From Thermoanaerobaculia bacterium (lineage in GTDB: Bacteria > Acidobacteriota > Thermoanaerobaculia > UBA5066 > Gp7-AA6), in NCBI GenBank assembly GCA_036406835.1, contig DASXAG010000080.1, positions 64,057-128,056 of the forward strand: a DNA stretch of 64,000 nt, given 5' to 3'. Positions 23,992 through 32,938 of this stretch are shown here, piece by piece. The position numbers and the translations under genes are program-made. Each line of letters begins with the position of its first letter. Positions within the stretch are counted from its first letter, which is position 1. Below the pieces are notes generated by a model. It was given only the letters and a program-made list of their open reading frames with translations. It was not told the DNA's origin and ran no database searches.

Positions 23992-24768
23992 TCAGAACCG
24001 AAAGCTGCGCTCGGAGTCGAGCAGCCGCAGGCGCGGCTCCCCGAGGGCGCGGACCTCCCGGCGGATGCGGGGAAGCGACGGCGGCTTCATGTGGTACAGG
24101 AAGACCGGCACGCGCGGCGGCGCCTTCTCGAGCTCTCCCTCCAGCAGACGCGGAATGAGATGGCAGGAGTCGCGGGCCACTTCCGCCTGCGCATCCGAGA
24201 AGGAGACCTCGAGGAAGATCGCCTTCAGGTCCTTGCTCCGCCGCGCGGCCTCCCAGATGCGGCGCGTCGGCTGCGTGTCGCCCGAGAAGACCACCGCGCG
24301 GCCGGGCTTCGTGACGATGTAGCCGAAGGCCGGCACGAGATGGTCGACCGGAACGGGCAGAAACGTCGCGGCGCCGCAGCGGAGCGGACGCCCGGGCCGC
24401 GCCTGCCGGTACACGAGGCTGGGGCGGGCGCGGGAGGGGAGACGGGTGAAGTCGGGCCACGTCACGTCGTTGAAGACGTGCCGCCGCAGCGCCTGCAGGA
24501 CCGGGGCCGGGGCGACGACCTCGAGCGGGCGCGAGCGGCCGTAGAGGTTCTCGATCAGAAACGGCAGCGACGCGATGTGGTCGAAATGGGCGTGGGTGAG
24601 CACGACGCGGCGAATGCGCCGCTGCGCGGCGAGCGGGAGCGCCTCGGTCAGGGCGCCCGCGTCGAGCGCCGTCTCGCCGTCGATGAGGAAGGTCGTGATG
24701 CGGTAACCCGGCGCGGAGCCCCCATAGGGTCCGAGGACACGAACCGTCAGAGGTTGGCGAGACGACAC
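23992..24768 (-). CDS. MBL-fold metallo-hydrolase, class-II cyclic-nucleotide phosphodiesterase-like
   Basis: Track ORF 23992..24873. GTG 24768 is preferred because it avoids a 64-nt overlap with the upstream gene and gives an N-terminus of ...LTVRVLGPYGG. Motifs LIDGETALDAG and THAHFDH (HxHxDH). Confidence 0.6.
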   Translation of the reverse strand: MSSRQPLTVRVLGPYGGSAPGYRITTFLIDGETALDAGALTEALPLAAQRRIRRVVLTHAHFDHIASLPFLIENLYGRSRPLEVVAPAPVLQALRRHVFNDVTWPDFTRLPSRARPSLVYRQARPGRPLRCGAATFLPVPVDHLVPAFGYIVTKPGRAVVFSGDTQPTRRIWEAARRSKDLKAIFLEVSFSDAQAEVARDSCHLIPRLLEGELEKAPPRVPVFLYHMKPPSLPRIRREVRALGEPRLRLLDSERSFRF

Positions 24769-24809
24769 GGTGCCCGAATTGTAAGCGAAACCGCGAGACG
24801 GAAGTCGGG

Positions 24810-27707
24810 CTAGAACTCCGGACCGATGTAGAAGAACAACTTGAACGGGCCGATCGACTGCTTGACGTTCCACAGCCGCGAGAAGTCGAAGTGCAGCGGC
24901 AGGCCGAGGAAGTTGAGCGAGATGCCGAACCCGTAGTCGGCGATGCCGTTGACCAGCTGACCGTCCTTGTAGAACGTGAAGTCCTGGTTCTTGTAGGCGG
25001 CGGCGCCGATGTCGAAGAACGCCTTGCCGCGGATCTCGCGCAGGCCCAGGATCGGCGTCGCCAGGAAGTCGATCAGCGGGAAACGGAACTCGAGGTTGGC
25101 GAAGGCGGCGGTGTTGCCGGAGATGCCGTAGATGTCGATGTTGCGCAGCGTGTCGAGGCCGCCGAAGGAGAGGACATCGGGCAGCGCGCCGGTCGCGCGG
25201 AAGCCGTAGAGCCGCACCGCGAGGAGCGTCCGCGGCAGGATCTTGAAGTAGTGCCGCAGGTCCGCGGTCAGGTCGAGGGTCAGGGTGGCGGAGTCCTCGC
25301 CCGGGATCTTGGTGCCGGAGACGTACGGCGACCAGCTGACGCCGAGCGACATCGCGCGGCCCGAGATCGGCCCGAAGGACTCGTATTGCACCGTGTCGCC
25401 CACGAGCTTGGTCCCGATCGTGGGGAAGTTGTTGCTCGTGGGGATGTAGCTGAGCTCCTGGGTCTCCTTGTCGACGACCGGGTACCCGTCGTACTTGCGC
25501 GACTGGAAGCCGACCTGGTTCTCGATGCGCCAGTAGCGGTTCAGGGGGTAGTTCCCGAAGACGTCGCCGCCGGTGAATCGGTATCCGAGCCGGCTGCGCA
25601 CGACCTGGCCGGTGTTGTTGTCGACCGCCAGGAAGTAATAGCGCTGGTCATAGGCCTCGGCGCCCCACTGGAGGCGGTGGGAGAGGTTCGAGTACGCGAA
25701 GAGGATGTTGGTGAAGGAGGAGACGGTCTGCAGGGCGGCCACGAACTGGCGGTCGCCGAGGTTGTCGCCGAAGGTCAACACCGTGTTGGACAGAAACGTC
25801 TGGTCCGAGGCGAGGCCGGCCACGACCTGCGCGTTCTCGAGGTACAGCTTGCGGCTGGGCTTCTTGGTGATCTTCTCGGGATCGAGCGAGACCTCGATCG
25901 ACGGCTGGAACGGCGGGATCGTGGTCGGGCCGGCCGGCGAGGGCGCCGGGTTCAGCTCCGCGAGCTTCTGGAACGGCTTCTTCGAGTCGTTGACGTAGAT
26001 CCCGAAGCGGCGCTTGTAGTACGCGGAGAAGACCAGCCGCTCGGAGCCGTCGCGCGCCAGGAGGACCGTGGGCGAGAAGCAGCCCCCCACGACGTTGGTG
26101 TGGAGGAACGTCTCGCCGGTGTCCAGGTTGATCGAGTAGATGTTGTAGATGCCGCCGTCGCGGTCCGAGGTGAAGAAGAGCCGCTTGCCGTCGGGGGAGA
26201 TGTTGGCGTCCTCGTCGTCCCAGTTGCCGTAGGTGATCTGCTCGCGCGATCCCGCGACGCCGGGCTTCAGCCGGAAGATCTTGGCGTAGGAGCCCTGGAA
26301 CGAGGAGTAGTAGAGCCACTGCCCGTCGGGCGAGAACGTGGGCGCGAAGTCGTACGCGTCGTCCTCGGTCAGGTTGGCGACCGTCTTGTTGTCGATGTTG
26401 TAGGCGTAGATGTCCGAGCGGCCGTTCTTGAGCGCGCGGAAGACGACGGTGCGGCCGTCGGGAGAGAACGAGGGGTTGAGCTGCTGGTCGAGCCCCGGCA
26501 TCCCGATCATGTCGCGGATGTCGCCGTCGAGCGCGTTCAGCAGCAGGAGCTCGCGCCCGCGCTCGCGCCGGACGAAGAGCGCCAGCGTGTTGCCGTCGGG
26601 CGCCACCGCGAGGTCCACGCCGCCCACGGGCCCGGTCGTCAGCCACTGCGCGACGATGTACTCGTAGTGGGTCTTGTAACCCTTGGTGAGGTTCTTGAAC
26701 AGCTTGCGCTCGCGGCTCGAGAAGACGACGACGTTGGCGTCCTCGCCGAGCGTCGAGATCGCGGCCCCGAGGTCGCCGGAGGGGAACGCCCGCACCGAGA
26801 GCTCGGCGGACTGGTCCTCGGCCAGCCGGACGCGGTCGCCGAAGTCGATCGGCTCGCCCTTCTCGGTCAGGATCTTGATGTACTTCTGGCGCAGGTAGCG
26901 GCGGAAGCGGACGTCGAAGTCCTCGGCCGAGACGTTGAACGTGTGCTTGAGGGTCCGCTCGATGCTCGGGCCGATCGCGCCGCGGTAGTCGAAGACGAAG
27001 TCGCGGACGCCGTCCTTGCCCCATTCCGACTCGATGAAGTCGAAGACCGCGTGGCCGAATCGGTAGGCGAAGAACCCGTAGATTCCGGTCTCGGCGATCT
27101 CGGGGACCTGGTCGGCGAGCACGGCGTCTCGGAGCACCATCTTGTCCTTGGCGTCCTCGTCGTTGGCGAAGTAGGAGGCCATGCCCTCCGTCAGCCACTG
27201 CGGCGCGCCCGAGGTATAGGCCCGGATGAAGCTGCCGCCGAAGAGGATCTCGAACTGGAAGACGTGCGTCAGCTCGTGGGCGATCAGCTTCTGGAGCTTC
27301 TCGTCGGATTCGTCGACCGGGAGCACCATCCGGTTGCGGGTCGGCAGGGCGAAGGCGCCGATGCCCTCGGGGATGAAGCTGCCGAGCGTGTTCGTCTGCT
27401 CGAACTCCGAGTGGGTCGTGTAATAGATGATGTTGACCGGCTTCGGAATCTGGAAGTTCAGCGCGCGCGAGATGTCGTCGTACGCGCTCTCGGCGTAGGA
27501 CGCGACCTTCTGGAGGGAGACCTGCGCGCGGTCGTAGAAGTAGATGACGAAGTGGGTCGAGCGGTACGTCTGCCAGTTGAACTTGTCGTAGACGATCTTG
27601 TTCTGGCCGAAGTAGTCGTAGTACGGCGTGACGACCTGGGCGCTTAGGGTCGACGGGATCGCCGCGAGACCGACGGTGAGTGCGAGAAACAGAAGGATCT
27701 TCTTCAT
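24810..27707 (-). CDS. 965-aa outer-membrane protein: HExxH metallopeptidase-like domain, PD40/TolB-like propeller repeats and an Omp85-like C-terminal barrel
   Basis: ATG 27707 lies inside track ORF 24810..28370. Signal peptide MKKILLFLALTVGLAAIPSTLSAQ. HELTHVFQ ... WLTEGMASY, then PD40-like SPDGRTVVF, SPDGQWLYYSS and SPDGKRLFFTSDRDGGIYNIYSI. The Gly/aromatic-rich C-terminal beta region ends FFYIGPEF. Confidence 0.75.
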   Translation of the reverse strand: MKKILLFLALTVGLAAIPSTLSAQVVTPYYDYFGQNKIVYDKFNWQTYRSTHFVIYFYDRAQVSLQKVASYAESAYDDISRALNFQIPKPVNIIYYTTHSEFEQTNTLGSFIPEGIGAFALPTRNRMVLPVDESDEKLQKLIAHELTHVFQFEILFGGSFIRAYTSGAPQWLTEGMASYFANDEDAKDKMVLRDAVLADQVPEIAETGIYGFFAYRFGHAVFDFIESEWGKDGVRDFVFDYRGAIGPSIERTLKHTFNVSAEDFDVRFRRYLRQKYIKILTEKGEPIDFGDRVRLAEDQSAELSVRAFPSGDLGAAISTLGEDANVVVFSSRERKLFKNLTKGYKTHYEYIVAQWLTTGPVGGVDLAVAPDGNTLALFVRRERGRELLLLNALDGDIRDMIGMPGLDQQLNPSFSPDGRTVVFRALKNGRSDIYAYNIDNKTVANLTEDDAYDFAPTFSPDGQWLYYSSFQGSYAKIFRLKPGVAGSREQITYGNWDDEDANISPDGKRLFFTSDRDGGIYNIYSINLDTGETFLHTNVVGGCFSPTVLLARDGSERLVFSAYYKRRFGIYVNDSKKPFQKLAELNPAPSPAGPTTIPPFQPSIEVSLDPEKITKKPSRKLYLENAQVVAGLASDQTFLSNTVLTFGDNLGDRQFVAALQTVSSFTNILFAYSNLSHRLQWGAEAYDQRYYFLAVDNNTGQVVRSRLGYRFTGGDVFGNYPLNRYWRIENQVGFQSRKYDGYPVVDKETQELSYIPTSNNFPTIGTKLVGDTVQYESFGPISGRAMSLGVSWSPYVSGTKIPGEDSATLTLDLTADLRHYFKILPRTLLAVRLYGFRATGALPDVLSFGGLDTLRNIDIYGISGNTAAFANLEFRFPLIDFLATPILGLREIRGKAFFDIGAAAYKNQDFTFYKDGQLVNGIADYGFGISLNFLGLPLHFDFSRLWNVKQSIGPFKLFFYIGPEF

Positions 27708-27727
27708 GGCGTTCGTTTGGGGGACAA

Positions 27728-28414
27728 CTAGTCGCTGAAGATGTACCGTTCGGCCTCGCGGTCGCGGGCCACGAAAGTGTTCAGGATCTGGTTCTCGAGC
27801 GAGAACAGGTTCTCGAAGAGCCCCTGCAGCTCGTCGGCCTGCCGCTTGCTCGCCTGGCGGAAGTCCTTGTACTCGTCCTGCAGGAGCTTCTCGCCCGTGC
27901 GGCCGTCGAAAACCAGGAAGACGATGTCGAAGAGGAAGCCCGTCTGCTCGACGTACACCTGCCTGTAATAGGTGCGGCCGTCGATGGGGGAGACGTACTC
28001 CTCGCTCTTGTATCCGGAGCGGTCCTCCACCTTGAACTCGAGGCTGCCGGACACGATGATCTCGGCCGTCGTCGAGGCGCCGACGGACGCCCAGAACTCC
28101 TGCGCCTTGCCGAGCTCGGTCAGGTTCTGGGTCGGGAGCTTGATCTCGGGCGGCGTCTCGATGACCTCGAACTTCGTCTTCTTCTCGAGCTGCTTCTTCA
28201 GGAAGCGGTGGAACTCGGCCTGGAGGTCCACGTTCGCGAGCCTCTTGTCGCGCGCCTTGTCGGCCTCGGTGACCAGGATGAACGGCGCGAGCGCGATGCG
28301 CTCGTTTCCGCGCAGCGGCAGCTTGGGCTTGAGCGGGAGGCGCAGGTGCACCGAGTCGACTCCCGCCCACGCGGGGGTGGCGAAGAGGGTCGCCGCCGCG
28401 ACGAAGAGCGCCAT
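27728..28414 (-). CDS. secreted hypothetical protein (228 aa)
   Basis: ATG 28414 lies inside track ORF 27728..28798. Signal peptide MALFVAAATLFATPAWAG. Mixed alpha/beta composition with no motif I can name. It is in an operon with the flanking envelope genes. Confidence 0.5.
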   Translation of the reverse strand: MALFVAAATLFATPAWAGVDSVHLRLPLKPKLPLRGNERIALAPFILVTEADKARDKRLANVDLQAEFHRFLKKQLEKKTKFEVIETPPEIKLPTQNLTELGKAQEFWASVGASTTAEIIVSGSLEFKVEDRSGYKSEEYVSPIDGRTYYRQVYVEQTGFLFDIVFLVFDGRTGEKLLQDEYKDFRQASKRQADELQGLFENLFSLENQILNTFVARDREAERYIFSD

Positions 28415-28466
28415 CGCGCGCCGCAGCGGGGCGACTTCGCGGACGGGTCCGCCCGGCGCGATCACT

Positions 28467-28832
28467 CTACGGAGCACCGGCGGCCTTTCCCGTCGTCTTC
28501 GTGTACGAGGTGTAGAACTCGGCGAAGCGGGCGTAGTTGCGGCGGATGTAGTTGTTGTTGGGCTCGAGCTCGAGCGCCCGCTTGTACTCGGCGAGCGCTC
28601 GCGCGAAGTCGCCGTTCGCCTCGAGCGCAACCGCGAGGTTGTTGTGGGCGCGCGCGTTGTTGGGCTCCCTGGCGGCGGCCTGCTCGTAGCGGAACGCGGC
28701 CTCGCGCCACAGTCCCTTCTTCGCGACGTTGGTGCCGAACGCGAGTTGCGTCGACGCCTTCTCCGTGTGGCTGTAGGAGGTGCAGGCTCCCGCGACAAGA
28801 AGAAAGAAGACGGCGATGCGGGCCTGCTTCAA
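28467..28832 (-). CDS. TPR-repeat lipoprotein
   Basis: 121 aa, TTG start. Lipobox-like LLVAGAC, and TPR pattern (AAFRYEQAAAREPNNARAHNNLAVALEANGDFARALAEYKRALELEPNN). GGAGGA lies 10 nt upstream of the start. Confidence 0.7.
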   Translation of the reverse strand: MKQARIAVFFLLVAGACTSYSHTEKASTQLAFGTNVAKKGLWREAAFRYEQAAAREPNNARAHNNLAVALEANGDFARALAEYKRALELEPNNNYIRRNYARFAEFYTSYTKTTGKAAGAP

Positions 28833-28859
28833 GCTCTGCTGCTCCTCCAGAGGGTGGCT

Positions 28860-28865
28860 ATTATA
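28860..28865 (-). promoter_or_regulatory. perfect TATAAT -10 hexamer (minus strand) upstream of the TPR-lipoprotein operon
   Basis: Plus-strand ATTATA at 28860-28865 is TATAAT on the minus strand, 28 nt upstream of the TTG start. No convincing -35 element was seen. Confidence 0.3.
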
Positions 28866-28930
28866 GGTTCGGGTTGAAGGCGAGATCGGAGAATTGTCGT
28901 CGACACGAGGATGAGGGATTCGTTAAACAC

Positions 28931-30040
28931 GTGAGCTCGGCAGCGCTCGGACGGCATGCGGCGCTCTCCTGGGCGCACGGCCGCGAGCTGACCCCGCAGC
29001 GGCTGTGGCCCGTCCTGCGTTCCCACGGAGGCCTGGATGGCCTTCTGTCCTCCAATGAGGTGGATCTGTCCCAAAATTTGGGCTCCGCCGACCGCGCCCG
29101 GGCCGTTCTGCGGGCGCCGGAGGACCGAGAGGCCCTGCGCTGGGCCTCCGACATCGAGCGCAGCGGCATCGCGATCGTGACGGCCTTCGACGAGGCCTAT
29201 CCGCGACTGCTCCTCGAGACGCCGGATCCGCCCTTCCTCCTCTTCGCGATGGGACGCATCGAGAAGCTGCGGCTGCCCGCCGTCGCCGTCGTGGGCTCGC
29301 GCGAGGCGTCGCGCTACGGGCGGGACGTCGCGTGGCGGCTCGCGCGTGAGCTGTCGAGCGCGGGCGTCACGGTCGTCTCCGGCTTCGCCCGCGGCGTGGA
29401 CGCCGCCGCGCACGAGGCCGCCCTCGAGGGGGCGGGGGGCACGATCGCCGTGATGGGCTGCGGGCTCGACGTGAATTACCCGCGCGAGCACGCGCGATTG
29501 AAGGACCGGATGACGGCGCAGCATCTGCTCCTCTCCGAGTACTCTCCGGGAACGGAGCCGCGGCCCCAGAACTTCCCGATTCGCAACCGCATCATCGCGG
29601 GGCTCTCGTCCGGCGTCGTCGTGGTGGAGGCCTCGCGGCGCTCGGGATCGCTCATCACCGCGCGCCTCGCGGCGGATTTCGGCCGCGACGTCTTCGCGGT
29701 CCCCGGCTCGATCTTCTCCGAGACCTCCTCCGGATCGCACGAGCTCCTGCGCGACGGCGCCATCCTCTGCCGCGGGGCGGAGGACGTGCTCGCGGAGCTC
29801 TTTCCCGCGGTCGGCCCCGCCGCGACCCAGCCGCCGCGGACCGCGGCGGGCGCGGAGCTCTCCGCCGACGCGCGGCGCGTCTTCGAGGCGCTCTCGCACG
29901 AGGAGTCGCTCTCGGCCGAGGAGCTCGCGCAGAGCCTCGACCTTCCCGCCGCGACCGTGCTCGCGAGTCTCTTCGAGCTCGAAGGCAGCGGCTTCGCCGC
30001 GACCGTCGAGGGAGGACGCTACGGCATCCCGAGACGCTGA
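28931..30040 (+). CDS. dprA: DNA processing protein DprA (Smf)
   Basis: GTG 28931 lies inside track ORF 27680..30040. VAVVGSREASRYG, SGFARGVDAAAH, FPIRNRIIAGLS and VVVEASRRSGSLITA are DprA Rossmann-domain motifs. Confidence 0.85.
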   Translation: MSSAALGRHAALSWAHGRELTPQRLWPVLRSHGGLDGLLSSNEVDLSQNLGSADRARAVLRAPEDREALRWASDIERSGIAIVTAFDEAYPRLLLETPDPPFLLFAMGRIEKLRLPAVAVVGSREASRYGRDVAWRLARELSSAGVTVVSGFARGVDAAAHEAALEGAGGTIAVMGCGLDVNYPREHARLKDRMTAQHLLLSEYSPGTEPRPQNFPIRNRIIAGLSSGVVVVEASRRSGSLITARLAADFGRDVFAVPGSIFSETSSGSHELLRDGAILCRGAEDVLAELFPAVGPAATQPPRTAAGAELSADARRVFEALSHEESLSAEELAQSLDLPAATVLASLFELEGSGFAATVEGGRYGIPRR

Positions 30041-30062
30041 GAAAGGGGTCTTAGTCCCTTTC
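30041..30062 (+). terminator. stem-loop directly after the dprA stop (no U-tract)
   Basis: GAAAGGG (30041-30047) pairs with CCCTTTC (30056-30062) around an 8-nt loop. No T-run follows, so activity as an intrinsic terminator is doubtful. Confidence 0.3.
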
Positions 30063-30181
30063 GCGGTACGGACTTACGCGGATCGGGAATGCGAATGTGT
30101 TAGACAGGGTGCGGCGAGGGAGGCAGACGCTCGCGTTTGCGCTTTCCCTTCCGTTGTGAGAGTGTCCGCGACTTTCTGAAT

Positions 30182-32776
30182 ATGCCCAAGTCGATCGTCA
30201 TCGTCGAATCTCCGGCCAAGGCCAAGACCCTCGAGAAATTTCTCGGCAGGGACTTCAAGGTCATGGCCTCCTACGGCCACGTGCGCGATCTCCCGCGCAA
30301 GGGGCTGGGCGTGGACCGCGAGGACAAGTACAAGCCGACGTACGAGGTCCTGGCGGGCAAGGAGAAGACGATCAACGAGCTCAAGAAGGCGGCGAAGACC
30401 GCCGAGAACGTCTACCTCGCCGCCGACCCCGACCGCGAGGGGGAGGCGATCTCGTGGCACCTCCAGGAGACGCTCAAGCCCGGCGCGAAGAAGACCACCT
30501 TCCGGCGCGTTCGCTTCAACGAGATCACCAAGAAGGCCGTGCTCGCGGCGATGGAGGCGGCCGGCGAGATCGACGGCCGGCTCGTCGACGCGCAGCAGGC
30601 GCGCCGGATCATCGACCGGCTCGTCGGCTACGAGGTCTCGGACCTTCTGTGGAAGAAGATCTGGCGCGGGCTCTCGGCCGGACGCGTGCAGACCGTCGCG
30701 CTGCGCATCATCTGCGAGCGCGAGAGCGAGATCGAGGCGTTCGTCCCGGTGGAGTACTGGACGGTCGACGCGCAGCTGGAGTCGCCGCAGTCACCGGCGC
30801 CGTTCACCGCCCGCCTCTTCTCCTACGACGGCGAGAAGCTCAAGTTCGACGGCAACGATCCGCGTCTCGCCGACGAGGCCGCGGCGCGCCGGGTGCGCGA
30901 GGACGTCGAGAAGGCGGCCTGGACGGTCGCCTCGGTCGAGACCTCCGAGCGGCGCAAGAATCCGGCGCCGCCCTTCATCACCTCCCAGCTCCAGCAGGCG
31001 GCGGCGCGGCGGCTCGGCTACGCGGTGCGCCGCACGATGCAGATCGCGCAGCGCCTCTACGAGGGCCGCGAGATCCCGGGCCGCGGCACGGTCGGCCTCA
31101 TCACCTACATGCGCACCGACTCGACGCGCGTCTCCGACGACGCGCTCCACGCCGTGCGCGAGCTGATCGAGAGGGAGTACGGGGCCGAGTCGAAGCCGGA
31201 GTCCCCTCGCTACTTCAAGAGCCGGCGCGACACGCAGGACGCGCACGAGGCGATCCGCCCGACCTACCTCGATCTCCCGCCGGACGAGGTCGCGAAGTAC
31301 GTGGCGCCGGACGAGGCCCGGCTCTACAGGTTGATCTGGGAGCGCTTCGTCGCCTCGCAGATGACTCCGGCCGTCTACGACACCACCTCGGCCGAGATCG
31401 CGGCGGGCAAGGCCGTCTACCGCGCGTCCGGCTCGACGCTGAAGTTCCCGGGATACCTCGCGGCCTACGGCGTCTCGGGAGAGGAAGAGGAAGAGACCGA
31501 CAAGGACTCGCCGAAGCTGCCTCCGCTCAAGCAGGGCGAGACGCTGAAGCTCCTCGGCATCACGCCGGAGCAGAAGGCGACGCAGCCTCCACCGCGGTTC
31601 AACGAGGCCTCGCTCGTCAAGTTCCTGGAGGAGAACGGCATCGGGCGCCCGTCCACGTACGCCGAGATCCTGCGCAAGCTCGAGGAGCGCCGGTACGTGC
31701 ACAAGAAGGACCGCCGGTTCATCCCGACGGCGCTCGGGCGCACGGTCATCGAGATGCTGATCCCGTTCTTCGACGACTTCTTCGAGACCTCCTACACGGC
31801 GCGGATGGAGGAGGCCCTCGACGAGGTCGAGGAGGGCAAGCTTCCCTGGACCAAGGCGCTCTCGGAGTTCGACAAGACGTTCACGCGCGACCGCAACCGG
31901 GCGCTCGAGGACATGGTGTCGGGCAAGGCGGGCATCCCTCTGGCGAAGGCGAAGAAGCTCAAGCTCTCCGTCGTGCCTCCCATCGACGAGAAGTGCCCCA
32001 GCTGCGGCAAGAAGCTCAAGCTCCGCATGGGCAAGAACGGGCTCTTCGTGGCCTGCAGCGGATACCCCGACTGCACCTTCACGCAGAACATCCCGGATCC
32101 CGAAGAGGACGCCGTCGACATGACGGAGATCGAGAAGATCACGTGCGACGAGTGCGGCGAGCCCATGAAGGTCCGGCAGAGCCGGACGGGATCGACGTTC
32201 CTCGGCTGCAGCGCGTTTCCGAAGTGCCGCAACGTGATCAACATCGCGGTCGCGGGCGGCAAGGCCGAGGCGCGCCCGGACGAGCCGACCGGGCAGACGT
32301 GCCCGCGCTGCGGAAACCCCCTCGTGCGGCGCCACGGCCGCTTCGGCGCGTACGTGTCCTGCTCGAACTACCCGGCGTGCAAGTACAAGCCGCCGAAGCC
32401 GATCCGCGACACCGGCGTGCGGTGCCCCAAGGACGGCGGCATCCTGGCCGAGCGCCGCGGCCGCTTCCGCCCCTTCTACGGCTGCGTGAACTACCCGAAC
32501 TGCGACTTCGCGCTGTCGGTGCGTCCGATCCCGGAGAAGTGCCCGCAGTGCGGGAACCCCTACCTCCTCTACCGCGAGCGCAAGAGCGGCAACGTCTTCG
32601 CCTGCGACAACCCTCAGTGCGGGAAGGGCACCAAGCCGCTCTTCGAGAAGCCCGCGGGCGAGCTGCCGCCGATCGTCGAGTTCACGCCCGAGCCGCCGCC
32701 GGAGGTGCCCGGCGCCGTGATCGAGGCGGCGGCGAAGGCGGGGAAGAAGCCGCGCGCGCGGCGCGCGAAGGCGTAA
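30182..32776 (+). CDS. topA: DNA topoisomerase I with multiple C-terminal zinc-ribbon motifs
   Basis: ATG 30182 (MPKSIVIVESPAKAKTLEKFLG, Toprim). LITYMRTDS active-site Tyr region. Five CxxC...CxxC-type ribbons (CPSCG, CDECG, CPRCG, CPKDGG, CPQCG). Confidence 0.97.
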   Translation: MPKSIVIVESPAKAKTLEKFLGRDFKVMASYGHVRDLPRKGLGVDREDKYKPTYEVLAGKEKTINELKKAAKTAENVYLAADPDREGEAISWHLQETLKPGAKKTTFRRVRFNEITKKAVLAAMEAAGEIDGRLVDAQQARRIIDRLVGYEVSDLLWKKIWRGLSAGRVQTVALRIICERESEIEAFVPVEYWTVDAQLESPQSPAPFTARLFSYDGEKLKFDGNDPRLADEAAARRVREDVEKAAWTVASVETSERRKNPAPPFITSQLQQAAARRLGYAVRRTMQIAQRLYEGREIPGRGTVGLITYMRTDSTRVSDDALHAVRELIEREYGAESKPESPRYFKSRRDTQDAHEAIRPTYLDLPPDEVAKYVAPDEARLYRLIWERFVASQMTPAVYDTTSAEIAAGKAVYRASGSTLKFPGYLAAYGVSGEEEEETDKDSPKLPPLKQGETLKLLGITPEQKATQPPPRFNEASLVKFLEENGIGRPSTYAEILRKLEERRYVHKKDRRFIPTALGRTVIEMLIPFFDDFFETSYTARMEEALDEVEEGKLPWTKALSEFDKTFTRDRNRALEDMVSGKAGIPLAKAKKLKLSVVPPIDEKCPSCGKKLKLRMGKNGLFVACSGYPDCTFTQNIPDPEEDAVDMTEIEKITCDECGEPMKVRQSRTGSTFLGCSAFPKCRNVINIAVAGGKAEARPDEPTGQTCPRCGNPLVRRHGRFGAYVSCSNYPACKYKPPKPIRDTGVRCPKDGGILAERRGRFRPFYGCVNYPNCDFALSVRPIPEKCPQCGNPYLLYRERKSGNVFACDNPQCGKGTKPLFEKPAGELPPIVEFTPEPPPEVPGAVIEAAAKAGKKPRARRAKA

Positions 32777-32785
32777 CCTTCAGCC

Positions 32786-32907
32786 GTCATCCCGAGCGAT
32801 AGCGAGGAATCCCGGACTCGGCAGGCTAACGAGACGGGGACTCGAGTCGAGGCGGCATCCGTCCGTTCCGCGACGGGATCCCTCGCCGCTTCGCTCCTCG
32901 GGATGAC
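32786..32907. repeat. palindromic dispersed repeat (REP/MITE-like), copy A
   Basis: The left arm is GTCATCCCGAGCGATAGCGAGGAATCCCGGACTCG. The right arm CGGGATCCCTCGCCGCTTCGCTCCTCGGGATGAC is its imperfect reverse complement, after a spacer of about 57 nt. Related copies lie at 53015-53118 and, shortened, at 39032-39057. Confidence 0.6.
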
Positions 32908-32938
32908 GCGCCGCCTTCGGCGAATGCCGAGCGGCGCG

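Noticed and set aside
24891-27647. 918-aa plus-strand ORF opposite the HExxH/PD40/Omp85 gene, and similar antisense ORFs at 36973-38754, 38956-40581, 40157-41593 and 60791-62388
   Set aside because: In each case the opposite strand encodes a protein with a signal peptide or conserved catalytic motifs, and the listed ORF translates to charged low-complexity sequence. They are not independent genes.
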